DNA of 64,000 nt from Octopus vulgaris (taxonomy: Eukaryota). Made by a program: the position numbers and the translations under genes. The stretch covers positions 177,134,001 to 177,198,000 of the forward strand of contig OX597815.1 of assembly GCA_951406725.2 (NCBI GenBank), read 5' to 3'. Position 1 is the stretch's first letter, and every line of letters starts with the position of its first letter. Shown here one piece after another: positions 10,401-23,780 of this stretch. The notes below the pieces were generated by a model. That model was not told the DNA's origin. It worked only from the letters and a program-made list of their open reading frames with translations, and made no database searches.

Positions 10401-11249
10401 ACTGTGGTACGTCTCTCACCCAGAGTGCAAAAGTCAGTTCTCTTCAAGTACGCTGCAGTTCTCCTTCAGAGACTGCATATTCTAATATCAGTCCATTTTA
10501 TTTCCTCCCTATCTACACACACACACACACACACACGTACCTGGCATGCCTACAAATAGTTTGCCTGCTCTATGCACATAAGTCGTGGACTGGCAGACAA
10601 TTCATCTCCGTTTCGGTTCGAGTAGGCTCGAAACATAAAACAACCACTTTTTCTTTCTCTGAGCGTCTTAATAATACTTTACATGTGCCTCATCCTCACA
10701 CTGTTGCTTTTTTCTTGTTGCCTTTTTCTCAGTATTTTAAAATTTATATACATATACTTAATTTATTCACACGCTTATCAGAATGGATAGCCTAATGCGA
10801 AATATCGGCCAGAAATCATTATCTGTACCTGACAAATACATACTGAAGCTGGCTTGCGAAACTTGGTGGTGGCAAAAACTATTAACTACCTCTACATATA
10901 GTGTTTTGCCAGGCAGAATTGACCAGGAAACGTTTATCTCCATTTAAGAAATTTATCACTCTTTTCTTTACTGCTAAATTGTTTACAATTTAATAGGAAG
11001 AAAAAAATATGAAATATGTATTTTAAACTCTGAAGTATCTTATACCATAATCCTTTAGGAAATTTCGTAGATTGATGAATTTAGCTTAATTTTTGTCTGA
11101 GTTCAACGATTCCAGAAAATAATGAAATTGTACTCAACGCGGCCACAAATATCAAAATTTTTCGAAACTATTTATGTATTGCATGTAAAAAAAAAAGGAA
11201 CTTAAAAATTTCTAATTAAGTATTAAATACGCAGGAGATTTTCTCTCCG

Positions 11250-12240
11250 TTAATGACAAATTCGCCAACAGAAGGCAATCACGTGTTTGATTTGAAAGCT
11301 ATACAGAACATTTATCAGCCACAGAATATACACCATTTCTCCGCAATGAATCGTTGTCATTTGGAAACAGTAATTACAAGCTGTTAATTTCGTGTTTCGC
11401 AGCATTTCGTATCGTCATTTGCCGATCCACATGAACTGCTTTAATTCATGTTCTGCTCGCTTCATGTGTTCTAATTTCCAACTGTTTGAGACAAATTGCT
11501 CTGGAATCAAATATCGTATACATATTTTGAATTATACAACCTCATCTGCGGAACAGTTCATGGATATGAATTATACAAATGAGTTGATTAAAAGATAATA
11601 GTTCAATATATTTGCTTCGAAATAGGCGACAATGGCGCAGGATTAAAATCTGCTTAGTAGTAGCAGACTTCTCTGTTCTTGCTTTTGTTTGTGTCTCTTA
11701 AATATAAGAACACGGAACGACAAAACAGAATGAGAAAAAAGAAACAGCATTAATGTTGCAGCGGAGGAATATAATATTCTAGTTGAGTTCCATTCACATT
11801 GTTATTGCATTATAGGAATATAAATAAACGGCAACACTTCACTTGGACTTTATTCATCTCAGAAGGACGAAATGGAGTGTTGAATACATAAAAGCGACGT
11901 ACAGCAACGCACTTGTCAAGCGCTCTAAAGATTCTGACAATGAATCGCCTATTCACTTTTGTAGACCACAGTATTTTCTTGGTAACAATTTCTTAGAAGA
12001 ATTCAAGAGTTTACACTTAGCCGACCACCGGTCTAGAGTACGAAGAAACTTGTAGTCTTTGTCGATAAATATAATCGCAATTTCGTCAATAAACATAATT
12101 GCTTAAGTCGGAAACTTCCTAAACCATATGGAAACGTACATAGGGATATTTTGTAGAAAGCACTTCATCGCATAGAACAAATCTTTTAAACGTTTATGAT
12201 AGTGAAAATATAAATTTGTAGACATGCGGAAACGGCAAAA
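11250..12240 (-). mobile_element. Highly decayed pogo/Tigger-like transposase
   Basis: Motifs in expected order: SIWFRKF (~SxGWLxKF), KLLPRK...SLERLTSALL (~SKERLTVLL), RSLLLL...NYYLLINS...FKICIR. Confidence 0.45.
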
Positions 12241-13489
12241 TGCAAAATGGAAGGCCAAGTGGGGGAGAAATTTATCAAAAGAAAATGGGTTTCAGAAACA
12301 ATAATTACAGCAGAACTAAATTATGAGAGAGAGAGAGAAATCAAAAAAGACTGTTCGAGTTACATGAGAACAAAATTGAGTTGGGTTGGAACGCATGGAA
12401 TATCTGGAACGGGTCAAAGAGTGTTTTAATTCTACAAATGTTTCTCTCTGCTCTTATCGTTAACCAGCCTGTTACCTAACTTTTCATTTCACTGGATGTC
12501 CAACTACCCGCTTCATTACAAATAGAACGCCATTCACTGGTTGGAAATTACAGCTTCATTATATTTAAATCTGCTTTGTCCATACTCACCTTTTGCCTTG
12601 CAGGTGACTGTTGCAAAGCATACATAAGTGACCAAGTATACTTCTTAAGTAAACAAATTTGAAAACGACTCATAAATGACCAAATCAGCAATCGGAGTAT
12701 GTAATTGTGAACTGCCATTATAATTCTTTGGGCCTTTTCATTTAATATATTTTTGGTGATTGCTTTACCACGAGACGAAAATTGTTAACATAACATGAAA
12801 AATTTCATAACGATATGCTTTCTCTATATTGAATAAACGAATAGTTTTCTCTTCGTCTTCATATTTCTTTATCATAACTAGTTTTCACAATCGAATTCTT
12901 GAGTCACATGCATACAAACACATGCATACATTCACACATACATACATACATACATACATACAGACAGACATTTTCTCCTGTTTGCAATACTATCTCACAT
13001 GTGAAAGCGCATCTAATTGCCACAGCAAACCCGGTATTTATATTTTAATCTTTTCCATATTCCAGAAGAAGAGGTAAAAAAAAACAACCACATGTGCAGG
13101 ACCTTTGTGTCTGATTAATGTCCTATTTATACGGTTGCAGGTCAAACTTAAAAGAAAGACGTAAGCATGGAGGACAATAAAGGAGTGACATCCAGGGGAA
13201 TCATGAGGAATAGAATTTAAAGGGGGGGGACGGTATTGGGCGAAACAGAGTGAAGATAGATTAATGAGGGTTCACGGGTGGTGACGAGTTACCAATCAGC
13301 TAAGTGGCTTCTTTCGGCTTGCGTTCCAGGACGTTACTGTGCATAGATGCAGTACTATACCCGATAGGAGCAAAACACTTAATTACATCTACGTTGAAAC
13401 ATATATATAAATATATGTAGGTATGTATTTTACAGAGATGTACTTGCATAGCGAGTGACTTGATCTGAGATCGTGTGCTGAAACAATAG

Positions 13490-13780
13490 CAGCGTGGAAG
13501 GTGTTTATAATCTATTTAAATAAGCACACTCAATAATTATAATCTATTTAAATAAGCACACTCAATAGTTAGATTGACTTCAACATTTCAATTTAATTTG
13601 TGTGTCAAAATATTTTCGTCGCTTTGAAACCGCGACCTGTTTTTCAGTAAACAAGTTGCGGTTTCAAAGCGACGAAAATATTTTGACACATATTAAATTT
13701 ATATGTTGAAGTGAATCTAATGTTTTTTGGGGGCATGGGGGGGTCTGTTTTCAAATGACTTATAAACACCTTCCACGCTA
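13490..13780. repeat. Imperfect ~290-bp palindrome of the 2508-2640 repeat family, with an internal ~32-bp tandem duplication
   Basis: gcgtggaaggtgtttataa...ttataaacaccttccacgc; inner arms tgtgtcaaaatattttcgtcgctttgaaaccgc / gcggtttcaaagcgacgaaaatattttgacaca. Confidence 0.9.
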
Positions 13781-13802
13781 CAATTGTATGTGTGTGTGTA
13801 TG

Positions 13803-13852
<50 letters not shown>

Positions 13853-14169
13853 AAATATATATATATATATGGAGAACGATACTGTATCAAAAACATTGTT
13901 ATCTCCCGTTCAGCCTAGAGGAACTTAAGAAAAATTCACACTCAGGTCAGTACCCGCAACCAATCTTCTGAAACACACAGCAGGGTTAACAGGTCCAGTG
14001 CAAAATTAAGTCTCCCATTCTGGCTGACATTAGGTTCATTGAGACAGCTGCGGATGATATCAGAATCGCTTCAGACATTACATTGGACAGGATGGTTGAG
14101 ATTTATATAAAATATTAATCACATTTGATAAGAAAACTGAGAAATATATATATATATATATATATATAC

Positions 14170-14400
14170 ACGTTTAAATACAAAATGGCTGACGGTTAGT
14201 AAGAAGAGACACAAATAAGTAAGAAGAAAACAAAGGACCACTGATGCGGTCACAGGAGTGTGACGAAAGAACTCTGGCCGAAATAAGATTAAGATTAATG
14301 TAAAAAATAAATAACACTGAAGCAAAGTAACACCAAATATATAGTGCGTGTGTTTTTATTGGCTAAACTGGCAAAATGACCATTCCTAAATACAACAATA
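14170..14400 (+). mobile_element. Short PLE-terminal-like repeat between (TA)n tracts, with HHR-like motif at 14236-14279
   Basis: CCA-CTGATGC-G-GTCACAggagTGTGAC-GAAA-GaaC-TC-TGG. Confidence 0.55.
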
Positions 14401-14589
14401 TATATATATATATTCCTTCGATTGTATTCACCAGAATTAGGACTCGAAATTGAACTTATACTTTCTGCTGAATGAAGAAAATACTCTTACAGAAAATTCC
14501 CAAAACATAATCTGGCAGGCACAATTCTTTCGTTAATATAACTTTGGATTCAGTAAAATGCATTTTACTTGCAAGTTGAAGGGAAACGA

Positions 14590-14900
14590 ATCGTTAACAA
14601 AACATTCTGGATCAAAGCTCCTCAACTGGAATATTTCCACTCCTAGCGGATGTTTTAGATGTTTAAGATGTTGAAGAGCCAGTTACAAAGTATCTGGTGA
14701 AATTTAAACAGTGATTGTGTGACGAATTTCCTGAATGCGATCCGCTTACGGCCATTTGTTTTGCGAATTCCACAGAGGATTTCAACACACAAAATTATGT
14801 GTTTGAATATCCTGAAACAATGGCAAAGGCAATGTTTGAACTTAATTCCAACAACGAAGCACTAACGAAATTTTATAAATTCATGTCATATGTCTTAGGG
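14590..14900 (+). mobile_element. Decayed hAT (Charlie/ZBED-like) transposase C-terminal fragment
   Basis: GIFPLLADVLDV*DVEEPVTKYLVKFKQ*LCDEFPE...MFELNSNNEALTKF resembles FPLL...HLxxLxxxFxxYFP...LIELSSD. Confidence 0.35.
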
Positions 14901-15189
14901 ATGACAAAAGCTATAAATTGTTCGTGTATCTCAGGCAGCTTAGTTATGGTAAATGGTAAGACAACAGGGTGACACCTTTAGTAGAAGAGGTTAGAGAGCG
15001 GAAGGTGGCTGAAATATTGTAATTGAATAAATTAAGGGAAGCTAAAAGCTTCTTTTAACTTCTCTTAATTCATTCCGTTACGGTATTCCTGGCCCCTCCT
15101 TTTCACTCTTAACTTCTCTTATTAACGATGTCATCCTGTTTTCTTAGTATGTTATAAAAGCAATTAAGTTTTTCAAACCTGAAATTAAA

Positions 15190-15427
15190 GCTTGATACTT
15201 ATTGTATCGTACCGTTTTGCCGAACCGCTAGTTTACGGGGACATAAACAAACTAGCACCGGTTATCATGCCATGGTGGAGGACAAACACGCGCACACGAC
15301 ACACTTCTTTCAGTTTCCCACTACCAAATTCACTCACAAGACTTTGGTCGACTCGAGGCTATAGAAGGAGACTCTTACCCAAAGTGGAACTGAACTAAGA
15401 ATTATATGGTTGGGCAGCAAACGTCTT
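15190..15427 (-). mobile_element. SINE family B body; its tRNA-like head continues at 18066-18101
   Basis: gccgaaccgctagtttacgggga...ggttgggcagcaaac; remainder agcaaacttcttaccactcggccacgcctgcgccta follows the LINE. Confidence 0.75.
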
Positions 15428-18065
15428 TATTTCATAAATTGGCTATGAAAGCCCACCCTTTAGTGATTTTTGGCAGCAGACAGAGCGCTTCACAAGTAGC
15501 TTTCCTACCGTTTCACGAAAAGCGAGAAAGGATTCTTTCCGACTTGTTCAGTCACGAATCGGGATAAGGCACAACGGTCAGGCGGTAGGTGATGACAGAT
15601 GCTATGAAAATCTGCGCTACCTCTGCCCTCCCTAGCAAAGATACCCCCGCCCACACCAGGTCTGGGTTAAGGCAGTCAACTCGCTCGCGTCCTCGCTCCA
15701 ATTCTTCTGTCTGGAGATGTGGGCCGAACCAGACCCGTAGCAACGTAACCGGACCTTCCGTCCATCGCCCTACGACGTTATTAGACATCGACTTGCCCCT
15801 CCAGAGGCTGAGTTGCAAGCCGACCGACTTGTCTTGGTTAACCTTTGCTCTTCCCATCGCCTCGTATCTCTTGATGGCGTTTCCCGTATGAGGAAGCTGC
15901 CCTCCTTCAGACCCGATGATGGAGATGTCATCCACATACCCAGTGGCTCCTCTTCCACACCAAAGATCATACGGCATGCGCACTAATGCCTCCAACTTCT
16001 GCAGCAGTGACTGAAGAGCCAATACATACAGAAGCGGTGACAGGGGACATCCCTGGCGTACTGAGCGTTCAATAATGAACGGTTTTGAAAATAACCGCTC
16101 TCTCGGACAATAGACTCGATGTCGCTGTACAAAGCAGAAATCTAACCGCAGAAAATCGGGCACAACCCGGCCTCCCCGAGGATCACTGCCAGGTACCGAT
16201 GGTCGACCCTATCAAATGCTTTAGACTGGTCTAAATGTACCAGTACCCCACCTTTGCCAGAAATTTTACCAACCCTCTCTTTGGCCCAAATCTTTAACTC
16301 TGTGTTTAGCAGAGCTATGGGCCGAAAATTACTTGCTCGAGTCCTTTCTGATTAACGTCACCATCTTCCGGCTCGCGGATCTGGGGATTCTCCCATTCTG
16401 CTGCCAGTTGGCGTATACACAGGCCAGTAGGTGCCCGAACAAGTCTGGCATACTTTTGTAAAACTCAGAGAAACCCATCAAGACCCGGCAACTTGTCCCT
16501 GGGGCACTCGGATAGCGCCTCGGTCACCACCGCCGCCGCTGTAATTGGCCCCTCACAGCACTCAGTTTCTCGTATCGAGATATTCGGGCCACCAGCCAGG
16601 AAGTCCCGTAGGGCCTCCCTCATCATGCTCTAGCGTCTTGCTCCTCCCGAACAACTCGGCAAAGTGCTTGTAAGAGGGGACAGCATAAGGTGGGGACAAA
16701 AAACAACCAAAACGAACGGAAAGAATGAATTAAAATAATGAAACATGAAATGAAGCCGTTCGGCCCGATCTCCGAGCGACTTCATTGAACCTGCTACAAC
16801 ACCATTTGCAACAGCTAATTCAATACATTTTCAGATAATAGTTTACAAAACCATTTGCATCACCGTTTGCAACAGCTGATTTCCACTTTTACACAAAATG
16901 TCTGTTATATTTCTTTAAAATTTCAAAATAGCTTACCCGTTCTGGTATGGTACTGGTGTTTATTTCTTGACATACCATTCAAAGTTTTCTTCATAATGCT
17001 TTAATCTTGCCAGATATGCCGGATCCGCCACCGCTCAGTGAATGTACTCCGGCACCCTCCTTATTCCTGTTATATCCACTTTTATCTCTGCGTCCCACGC
17101 GTCTCTCTCATTATGCAGTTCTTCAGTGGTGAAGTTGCCATTTCCTTCTCACTCTCGCGTTTCTCTTTATCCTTCACGGGCGGTGAAGAACAGTCCGCTC
17201 TAATGTGGCCTTTCAGGCCACATCTATAGCACCGCGAGATCTTTCCACTCTAACTCTGGGTGTTAACTCTCCGACTGGGATTGTCTACCATATTTTCAAT
17301 ATCTTCCTCTACAACTTTTACCACCATATCGAGGCCTTGCCCTTGCCAATTCCTGTGGGGTATCCTGGTGACCTTCAGGAACGCCACTTTCTCCTCCATG
17401 CCTAGAAGCTTGGCAGCTACCAGCCAGGCTACATCCACTTCTGGGGGATGGCTTCTACCCTAACCCTGGAAGCACGTCTCCCAAGGCATACGGATAGAAG
17501 TACCACTTCGTCTGTTTTTAACGATGTTGCTGAGTGCAGCCGGGCAGTAGCTACCCCCAACAGCTGCACCTCCACTGTTCCAAACTATTTTCCTCTGGCA
17601 AGGTAGGAAATCCCTTGCCAGATTGCTCTAAGTGCATTTTCAACTTGAGCTGTCGACATGATTTCTATTTTCCTGACTGCTACTGAGTACGTCCTGTAAA
17701 TAATTGTTTTTTCTTGTTTTTCCTTTAAAACCTCTTTGGGAGGGAACATTTTCACTTCGTTCCCCTCCCTTTTAAGCATTTCTTTAAATTCACTCAATTC
17801 CTCCAGACACACATCTTCGCTTTTCTTTCTTTCGTCATCTCTGTGTAATTCTTCGTCTCCATTTTGCGTCGATTCTATCTAAATATTTCACAAATTCTTC
17901 CACAGAAAACAGAAAGTCTGAAGAAGGATAGTTCACAAAGTCTGAATAATTTTAGCCATCACTATTCCTCGCCCGACACCCCTCCATTAAACCAGAAGGA
18001 AAGCATCACACCGCTAAGACAGCATAAAAGAAACCAACAAATCAACTGACACACGCTGTACTAGA
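15428..18065 (-). mobile_element. L1/Tx1-clade LINE, internally deleted, inserted in a SINE head
   Basis: ORF1 with zinc knuckle CYRCGLKGHIRADC (~17190-17232); RT motifs NFRPIALLNTELKI, LDQSKAFDRVDH, SVRQGCPLSPLLY, YVDDISI; TSD agcaaac(g/t)tctt at 15416-15427 and 18066-18077. Confidence 0.9.
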
Positions 18066-18974
18066 AGCAAACTTCTTACCACTCGGCCACGCCTGCGCCT
18101 AACATGTTATATATAGAAAAAAGTGCATTAGTTTTCAGAAAATTGAAGTGAAAATGTTTTCAATTAATTACTTCAGTTTCTCTATAAAAAATTTACAGAA
18201 TTCTTCCAATGGTTGATTCCTTTGGAAGAAGACTGGATCATTGATCATTCGATGAGTTTGCAAATCTCAGAATATGTTTCCTTCAAATCCAACTGCCCTC
18301 CTGCTTACACAGCATAAATGCCAGCTACTCGATATCCAACACAAATGCTATCCCTCATTTTGCTCTTCTTCCAATTATTTGCATAACCAGTTAATTCACA
18401 GTTTATTAACGAGCCGGATCCAACCTTGGATTAGCATGTATATACACACTGCATGGCACAAGTGAAGTTGGAAGAAAGATTAAAGAAAAACGGTTTATTA
18501 AAATGTTCAAACCTGTTCTTAACTGAAATAACAGCAATAATATAACAACCATGATGTGGATTAATAAATATAACCAATTTACGGAATATCGGTACGCTTG
18601 GCAAACGTGATGTTTAAAAGCTTGCGGATTGGTCAAAAAGATTTTCTAAAAATTCAGCTTTCTGGAGCGTTCTAAGAGGTACTAAAGTCAAATACATTTG
18701 AAATCTGATGTGTACACCATTTATGAAAGCGCTAATTTGACTTTATGAGCATTATGAAATAATATTTTTAATGTTAAAACACCATAAGAAACGTGAAAAC
18801 CAGACCATGTTTTAAGTTTATTCAGTCAGTGGACAAAGGAAAGAAGGGTTACTCTACAAATTGATTGGAAGTTACATGTATGTATCAGAACAGTTGGATT
18901 CAAACGGATTTAAATCGAACCCTTTTGATTCATATTTATGTGTGCATATCTGTATGTGTTTATAATACATATAT

Positions 18975-19136
18975 ATTGTGCTCCTTCCTGTTCAAGTGAG
19001 AAGGCTCGAAACGTAAAAGACTTTCTCACCTTCTTTGATTTGAAGGAAATACTTTCTCACCTTTCCGAGCGTCAAAATAATACACCTGCCTGTTGTTTAT
19101 ACACCTGTCTTCGTGTTTTGCATTTCAGTAAATTTC

Positions 19137-19140
<4 letters not shown>
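18975..19140 (+). mobile_element. Short PLE-terminal-like repeat (family also at ~10610-10745, 44900-45055 minus, 62940-63102)
   Basis: Shared ggctcgaaacgtaaaagactttctcac...tgttgtttatacacctgtcttcgt; ends at (TA)n. Confidence 0.65.
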
Positions 19141-19172
<32 letters not shown>

Positions 19173-19561
19173 AATAAGGATCGTTCTCAAGAAAAGAAAA
19201 TTCAGCAAACGCCAGAACGTAAGCGAGCAAGACAAGAGAAAAGATACAAAATACAATGATTAGTAGCAAACCAGTTTTCATTGTTACCACTTACGGAATT
19301 ACATACGTAATTGTCTGCAACTCATCAGTGTGACCGTCATAGCAAAATATAATTTGCAAAATTATACACGAAACGTCCACACGAGATAGAACATGCATAT
19401 AGTTTTGCCAATTATATTTGCGGGTATATTTCAAATGTCTTCGCTTTGGCGCGGCAAAAACTGGAGATGATTCTGCAGAAAATTATTTTCTGCAGTCAAT
19501 TCTGCCGGTTAGAGAACATGATTATTTAAATTTAAGTTATAAGGGTAAAAAATTGAATATT

Positions 19562-19614
19562 AATTTGATTAATAATCAATTTGATTAATAATCAATTTGA
19601 TTAATAATCAATTT
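19562..19614. repeat. 16-bp tandem repeat x3 (aatttgattaataatc)
   Basis: Direct reading. Confidence 0.9.
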
Positions 19615-19674
19615 AAACCAGTGGCCTAACATATTGAAAAAAATTTGAAGATTCAGAAAAATTATATTGCATAT

Positions 19675-19840
19675 ATATGAGAGGGATGACTACTAAGTGG
19701 ACATCCAATATGCTAGATGTAGACCCCCATATGGTCTGACCACTAAGAAAAGATTGTTCCCAATAAAATTCTTAGTGGTCAGGCCATATCGGGTCTACAT
19801 CTAGCATATTGGATATCCACTTAGTGGTCATCCCTCATAT
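19675..19840. repeat. ~165-bp imperfect palindrome between TA/TG microsatellites
   Basis: gagggatgactactaagtggacatccaatatgctagatgtagaccc / gggtctacatctagcatattggatatccacttagtggtcatccctc. Confidence 0.9.
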
Positions 19841-19842
19841 GG

Positions 19843-19876
<34 letters not shown>

Positions 19877-20487
19877 CCACTGTCCTAAATTGTGTGACCC
19901 CAAATAATTTCAGTCACAGATGCTCACATACAAACACACACACTTATAATACAGGCATATATTCATTCTTACACAAGCACACAGTCTTTAATGTGAATAT
20001 CTGTGACTAATACGAGATTGTGATATTGAACTGTTACTTTATTCTCAATTTGCAAAATATTTCAAGCCGCCATATTTCCAAAGTTTGGTTCGGTTTTATA
20101 AAAAAAAAAAAAAAAAAAAAAAAAAGAAACCATTTTCACGTGTTGACAATTGGTGATAAAATAATTTTTTTATATCAGATCAGATTTGTTTGAGCAGACC
20201 CAGAAACAAGAATTCTTTCCAGTCGTGACTCTCCAGTTTATATTTTAGAGTCTGAGATTTCATTTTCAAATGTTTCTTTATTTTGCTGATGTAGCAATGA
20301 AGAATGTGAATGAGATTAAGCTACTTTTACTAACAGACGTAATCATTGATTTGATTCCGCATGGAATGAAAATATAAACTATACACTCAAACAGAAATAT
20401 TCAATGTATGAACAACAATTTTATGTATAAACAGAGATTGAAGAAACATTATTTAATTTAGTGAAAACTGGAGTCATAGGTATAGGT

Positions 20488-20701
20488 TTCAAATTTTGGC
20501 ACAAGGCCTGTACTTTTTGGGGGCAGGTGAGGGATAAGCCGATTACATCGACCCCAGTCCTTAGATGGTACTTGTTTTCTCGGTCCGGAAATGATGAAAG
20601 GCAAAGTCGATTTCGGCGAAATTTGAACTCATAACAAAGACGTACGACATGTCGGTATGCATTTTGTTCGGCGTGCTAACAATTCTGCCAGCTCACCGCT
20701 T
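20488..20701 (-). mobile_element. SINE family A, older copy
   Basis: ggcacaaggcc...atcgaccccag...gatgaaaggcaaagtcga...ctgccagctcaccgc. Confidence 0.85.
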
Positions 20702-22520
20702 GTTTAACTACAGATATTAAAGATCATCTCAAAACGTCTTGACAACGTGCCTTGTTTTCGATAGTCTTAGATTCTTGTTGCTTTTTGTGTGATTCCGATG
20801 GTCTTCGTTTAGCCTGTTTGCTTACTTCCTAATTTAACATCGTTATTCAATATCATAAATAGATTTGTGGATATTATTATCATTATCATTGCATAGTTAT
20901 ATTCTGGTCAAAGTCCAAATTACATATATGGCCTTCTAATTGTAATCTAATGATGTGTATAAGGAAAAGAAATAAAGCAAGCAGGAAATTAAATTTTCGT
21001 TTCATAGAAATAATTTGGTTTACCACAAGCATTCAGCTGTGTCACTGATATTGTTTACGTTGTGCCGCCATTTACATATTCGCACGCACACACACACACA
21101 CACACGCACGCACACACAAATATATGTATACGTATGCCAGTTATGTTGAGCATTCGTGAGGCATATAAATATCTTCACACAGCTTAATAGGCTTTAACAA
21201 ACCTTCACTTCTCCCTTGTGTATATTTCACTGACGGAAATACAATGTCCGGACAAACAGTGTAGATATTTCATACAGAGGAATTTGGTATTTCTTTTTGT
21301 AACTCTCTATTTTAGCCGAATTATCGTTCTCACCTCATGTTTTACAGTTTACTTTTCAACACGCACTTTAATTTCTTTTCTATCAATTTCGGGATACAAC
21401 GGACTTCGATGTTCTCTGAAGCAAAACGATCAATGATTTGTAGTCGATTACATTGCCACAATGAAGATTTGTTTTTTTAAGAACTGTAAGTCGGACTTAG
21501 CCGAAACTGTTTCTGGCTGGAATGGAACAAAATACTCAAAATACCGCAATACTTTTTCACTGATGCACAGAATATTCCATTGACATAAACACATGCTTTA
21601 TACATATGCATACATATACATACACACTCACATTCATATATGAGCCTTTACGCCCTCTTATAAACATATAATGCCAGTTCTCTTAACTCTTAACATAAAT
21701 TTAGACTATTGAGTGCACAAGTATCCATTCCCCTACCATGTCACCCCCTTGTTCCTCCACCATAATAATGAATGAATTTCTCTGTATTTTGTAGCTTACT
21801 TTACCATTCCATACTCATTGTTGGTTTGTTTCACTTTAGTTTATTCTAGACCTCTTTAAGCCCGCATTGGTCTACTTCTATTTCATGGAAACTCCCTATT
21901 GGATCTACTCATTTCACTATCCCACCCCCAGACCCCGCACAACGAAATGATTATTTAACACTTTAATACTAACTTTACACCCTCTTTTGGTTAAGTATTT
22001 GCTTGATCTTTGTTTTGCAGTCAGCACTTATCTACGTGGTATTAATATTGTTTTTATCTGTATTAATACATGCATGGAGGACCAATTGTTGAAATTGGCA
22101 AATGTATGTACCCATGTATGGGTGTATATAACAATTATATTATAATTGACTGGGTATACACACGTGTCTGTACTTGAGTGTATGGATGTTGTGAGTATAC
22201 ATGCGTGTATATGTATATACATACATCCATATATATTTATATATTCATATGAGTGTGTGCATATGCATGTATATGTCAAACATAGGAAGGAATGCAGTTT
22301 TTTTATCTTTTGTTATGGTTTGTCATTTGACTGCGGCCATGCTGGGGCAGCGCCTGGAAATACATTTAGTCTTATTAACCGACCTACTTTTGTAATAGTA
22401 ATATCAAAGGAAAATACACTAGAAATATAATCATGGTAAGCAAATAAGTCTCTCTCTATATATATTTATATACACACACATATATATATGTATGTGTGTG
22501 TGTGTGTATTGTGTGTACAT

Positions 22521-22553
<33 letters not shown>

Positions 22554-22899
22554 CATACATACATTATATGTATATATATATCATTAAATTATACACACAA
22601 GTACACACGCGCGCGCGCGCCAACACGTATTTGCTGGATCTTTGTTTTGGGTAGCATCTTTTGTTTCCCAAGTGACCAGTTAATCTTAAATCAAAAGGTT
22701 ATTCGTTCAAATTCTCTTCTGACTTTGTTTTGCTTTTGATTCAGAAACTTAATCCATTTAGAGTCATTGTCAACATAGAAACAACTGAAGCAGAATTAGG
22801 GGATTATCCTCTTAATTCTATGCGGAAATAGAGCATCAAGTAAACACACATGAAACAGAAACAAGACAATACGAATTCGTAGAAATTTCAGATTCTGTA

Positions 22900-23780
22900 G
22901 TCTGAAAGCTATAGCGCTATTTTTGGTGAACTGAGTAACTGTTATGTTTCTGATGGAATTACGGCAAAATCTTTGTAGATTTGTTGGACTTATCTATTGA
23001 GGTAACGTAGAAATAGGAAAATGTGGTATCTATACTTTCTCATTTGGTATTAGTAATGTCTTTTAAATGTCACGGCGTCCACAATAAACCTGGAAGTCTA
23101 TTGACGTTTTAACCTCTCCAGAGTTTGATTATATAGTGCTAGCTGTTGTATAGATTTCTAAATTTGATAGAATCCACTCCACTAACCACGAGCAATTTAA
23201 TGTCAACTTATTGTGTCACCTCCTGTCTGTGATTGTTAATAATCTTCAACTATCCAGGGTGAATAATTCATATAGAGTTTCGGAGAATTTCCCTGTGATG
23301 TTAATGTTGTTTTAATTCTTCGGTTTCACACAGCCCGTACTTGAGTTGTGATGTGATTACCTTTGTTCTAAATGGGGGATTTTCTTTCACATCCTTCATA
23401 GAAGTTCTAGTATAACCTTATGCAACGAGTCCTTTCACTTTCATAATGTAGTTGCGTAGGTATTGGAGAAGATTTGTGACTATGAATAAAACAACATAGC
23501 CTCGCCTTCGTTTGCTGCGAGACTATTATTTCGGCTCGCAACCAGCATACTATTAGATAAGTTTTGAATAAGGTAATGTGTTGATGTACAAAATCAGGCA
23601 TCCTTATGCTGAAGAAAAACAGGCATAGTGGATCGTATGGAGTCCAGATTTTTACCGGCATATTTCCATAAACCAGCATTTGATAATAGTCAAATTTTCG
23701 TCCGAGTTGAACAACTAAAAGTGATGTCCAATTCAAATTAAGAGCTTCAATCAAGAATTTTGAACAACGCACTGGACTAT
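22900..23780 (-). mobile_element. Decayed hAT (GTF2IRD2/Charlie-like) transposase, central to C-terminal part
   Basis: Motifs in expected order: YAGKN (~MxGK), HITTQVRAV (~HTEVRWL), SWLVEWILSNLEIY (~WLxxLAxLxDIF), PHFP. Confidence 0.4.
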
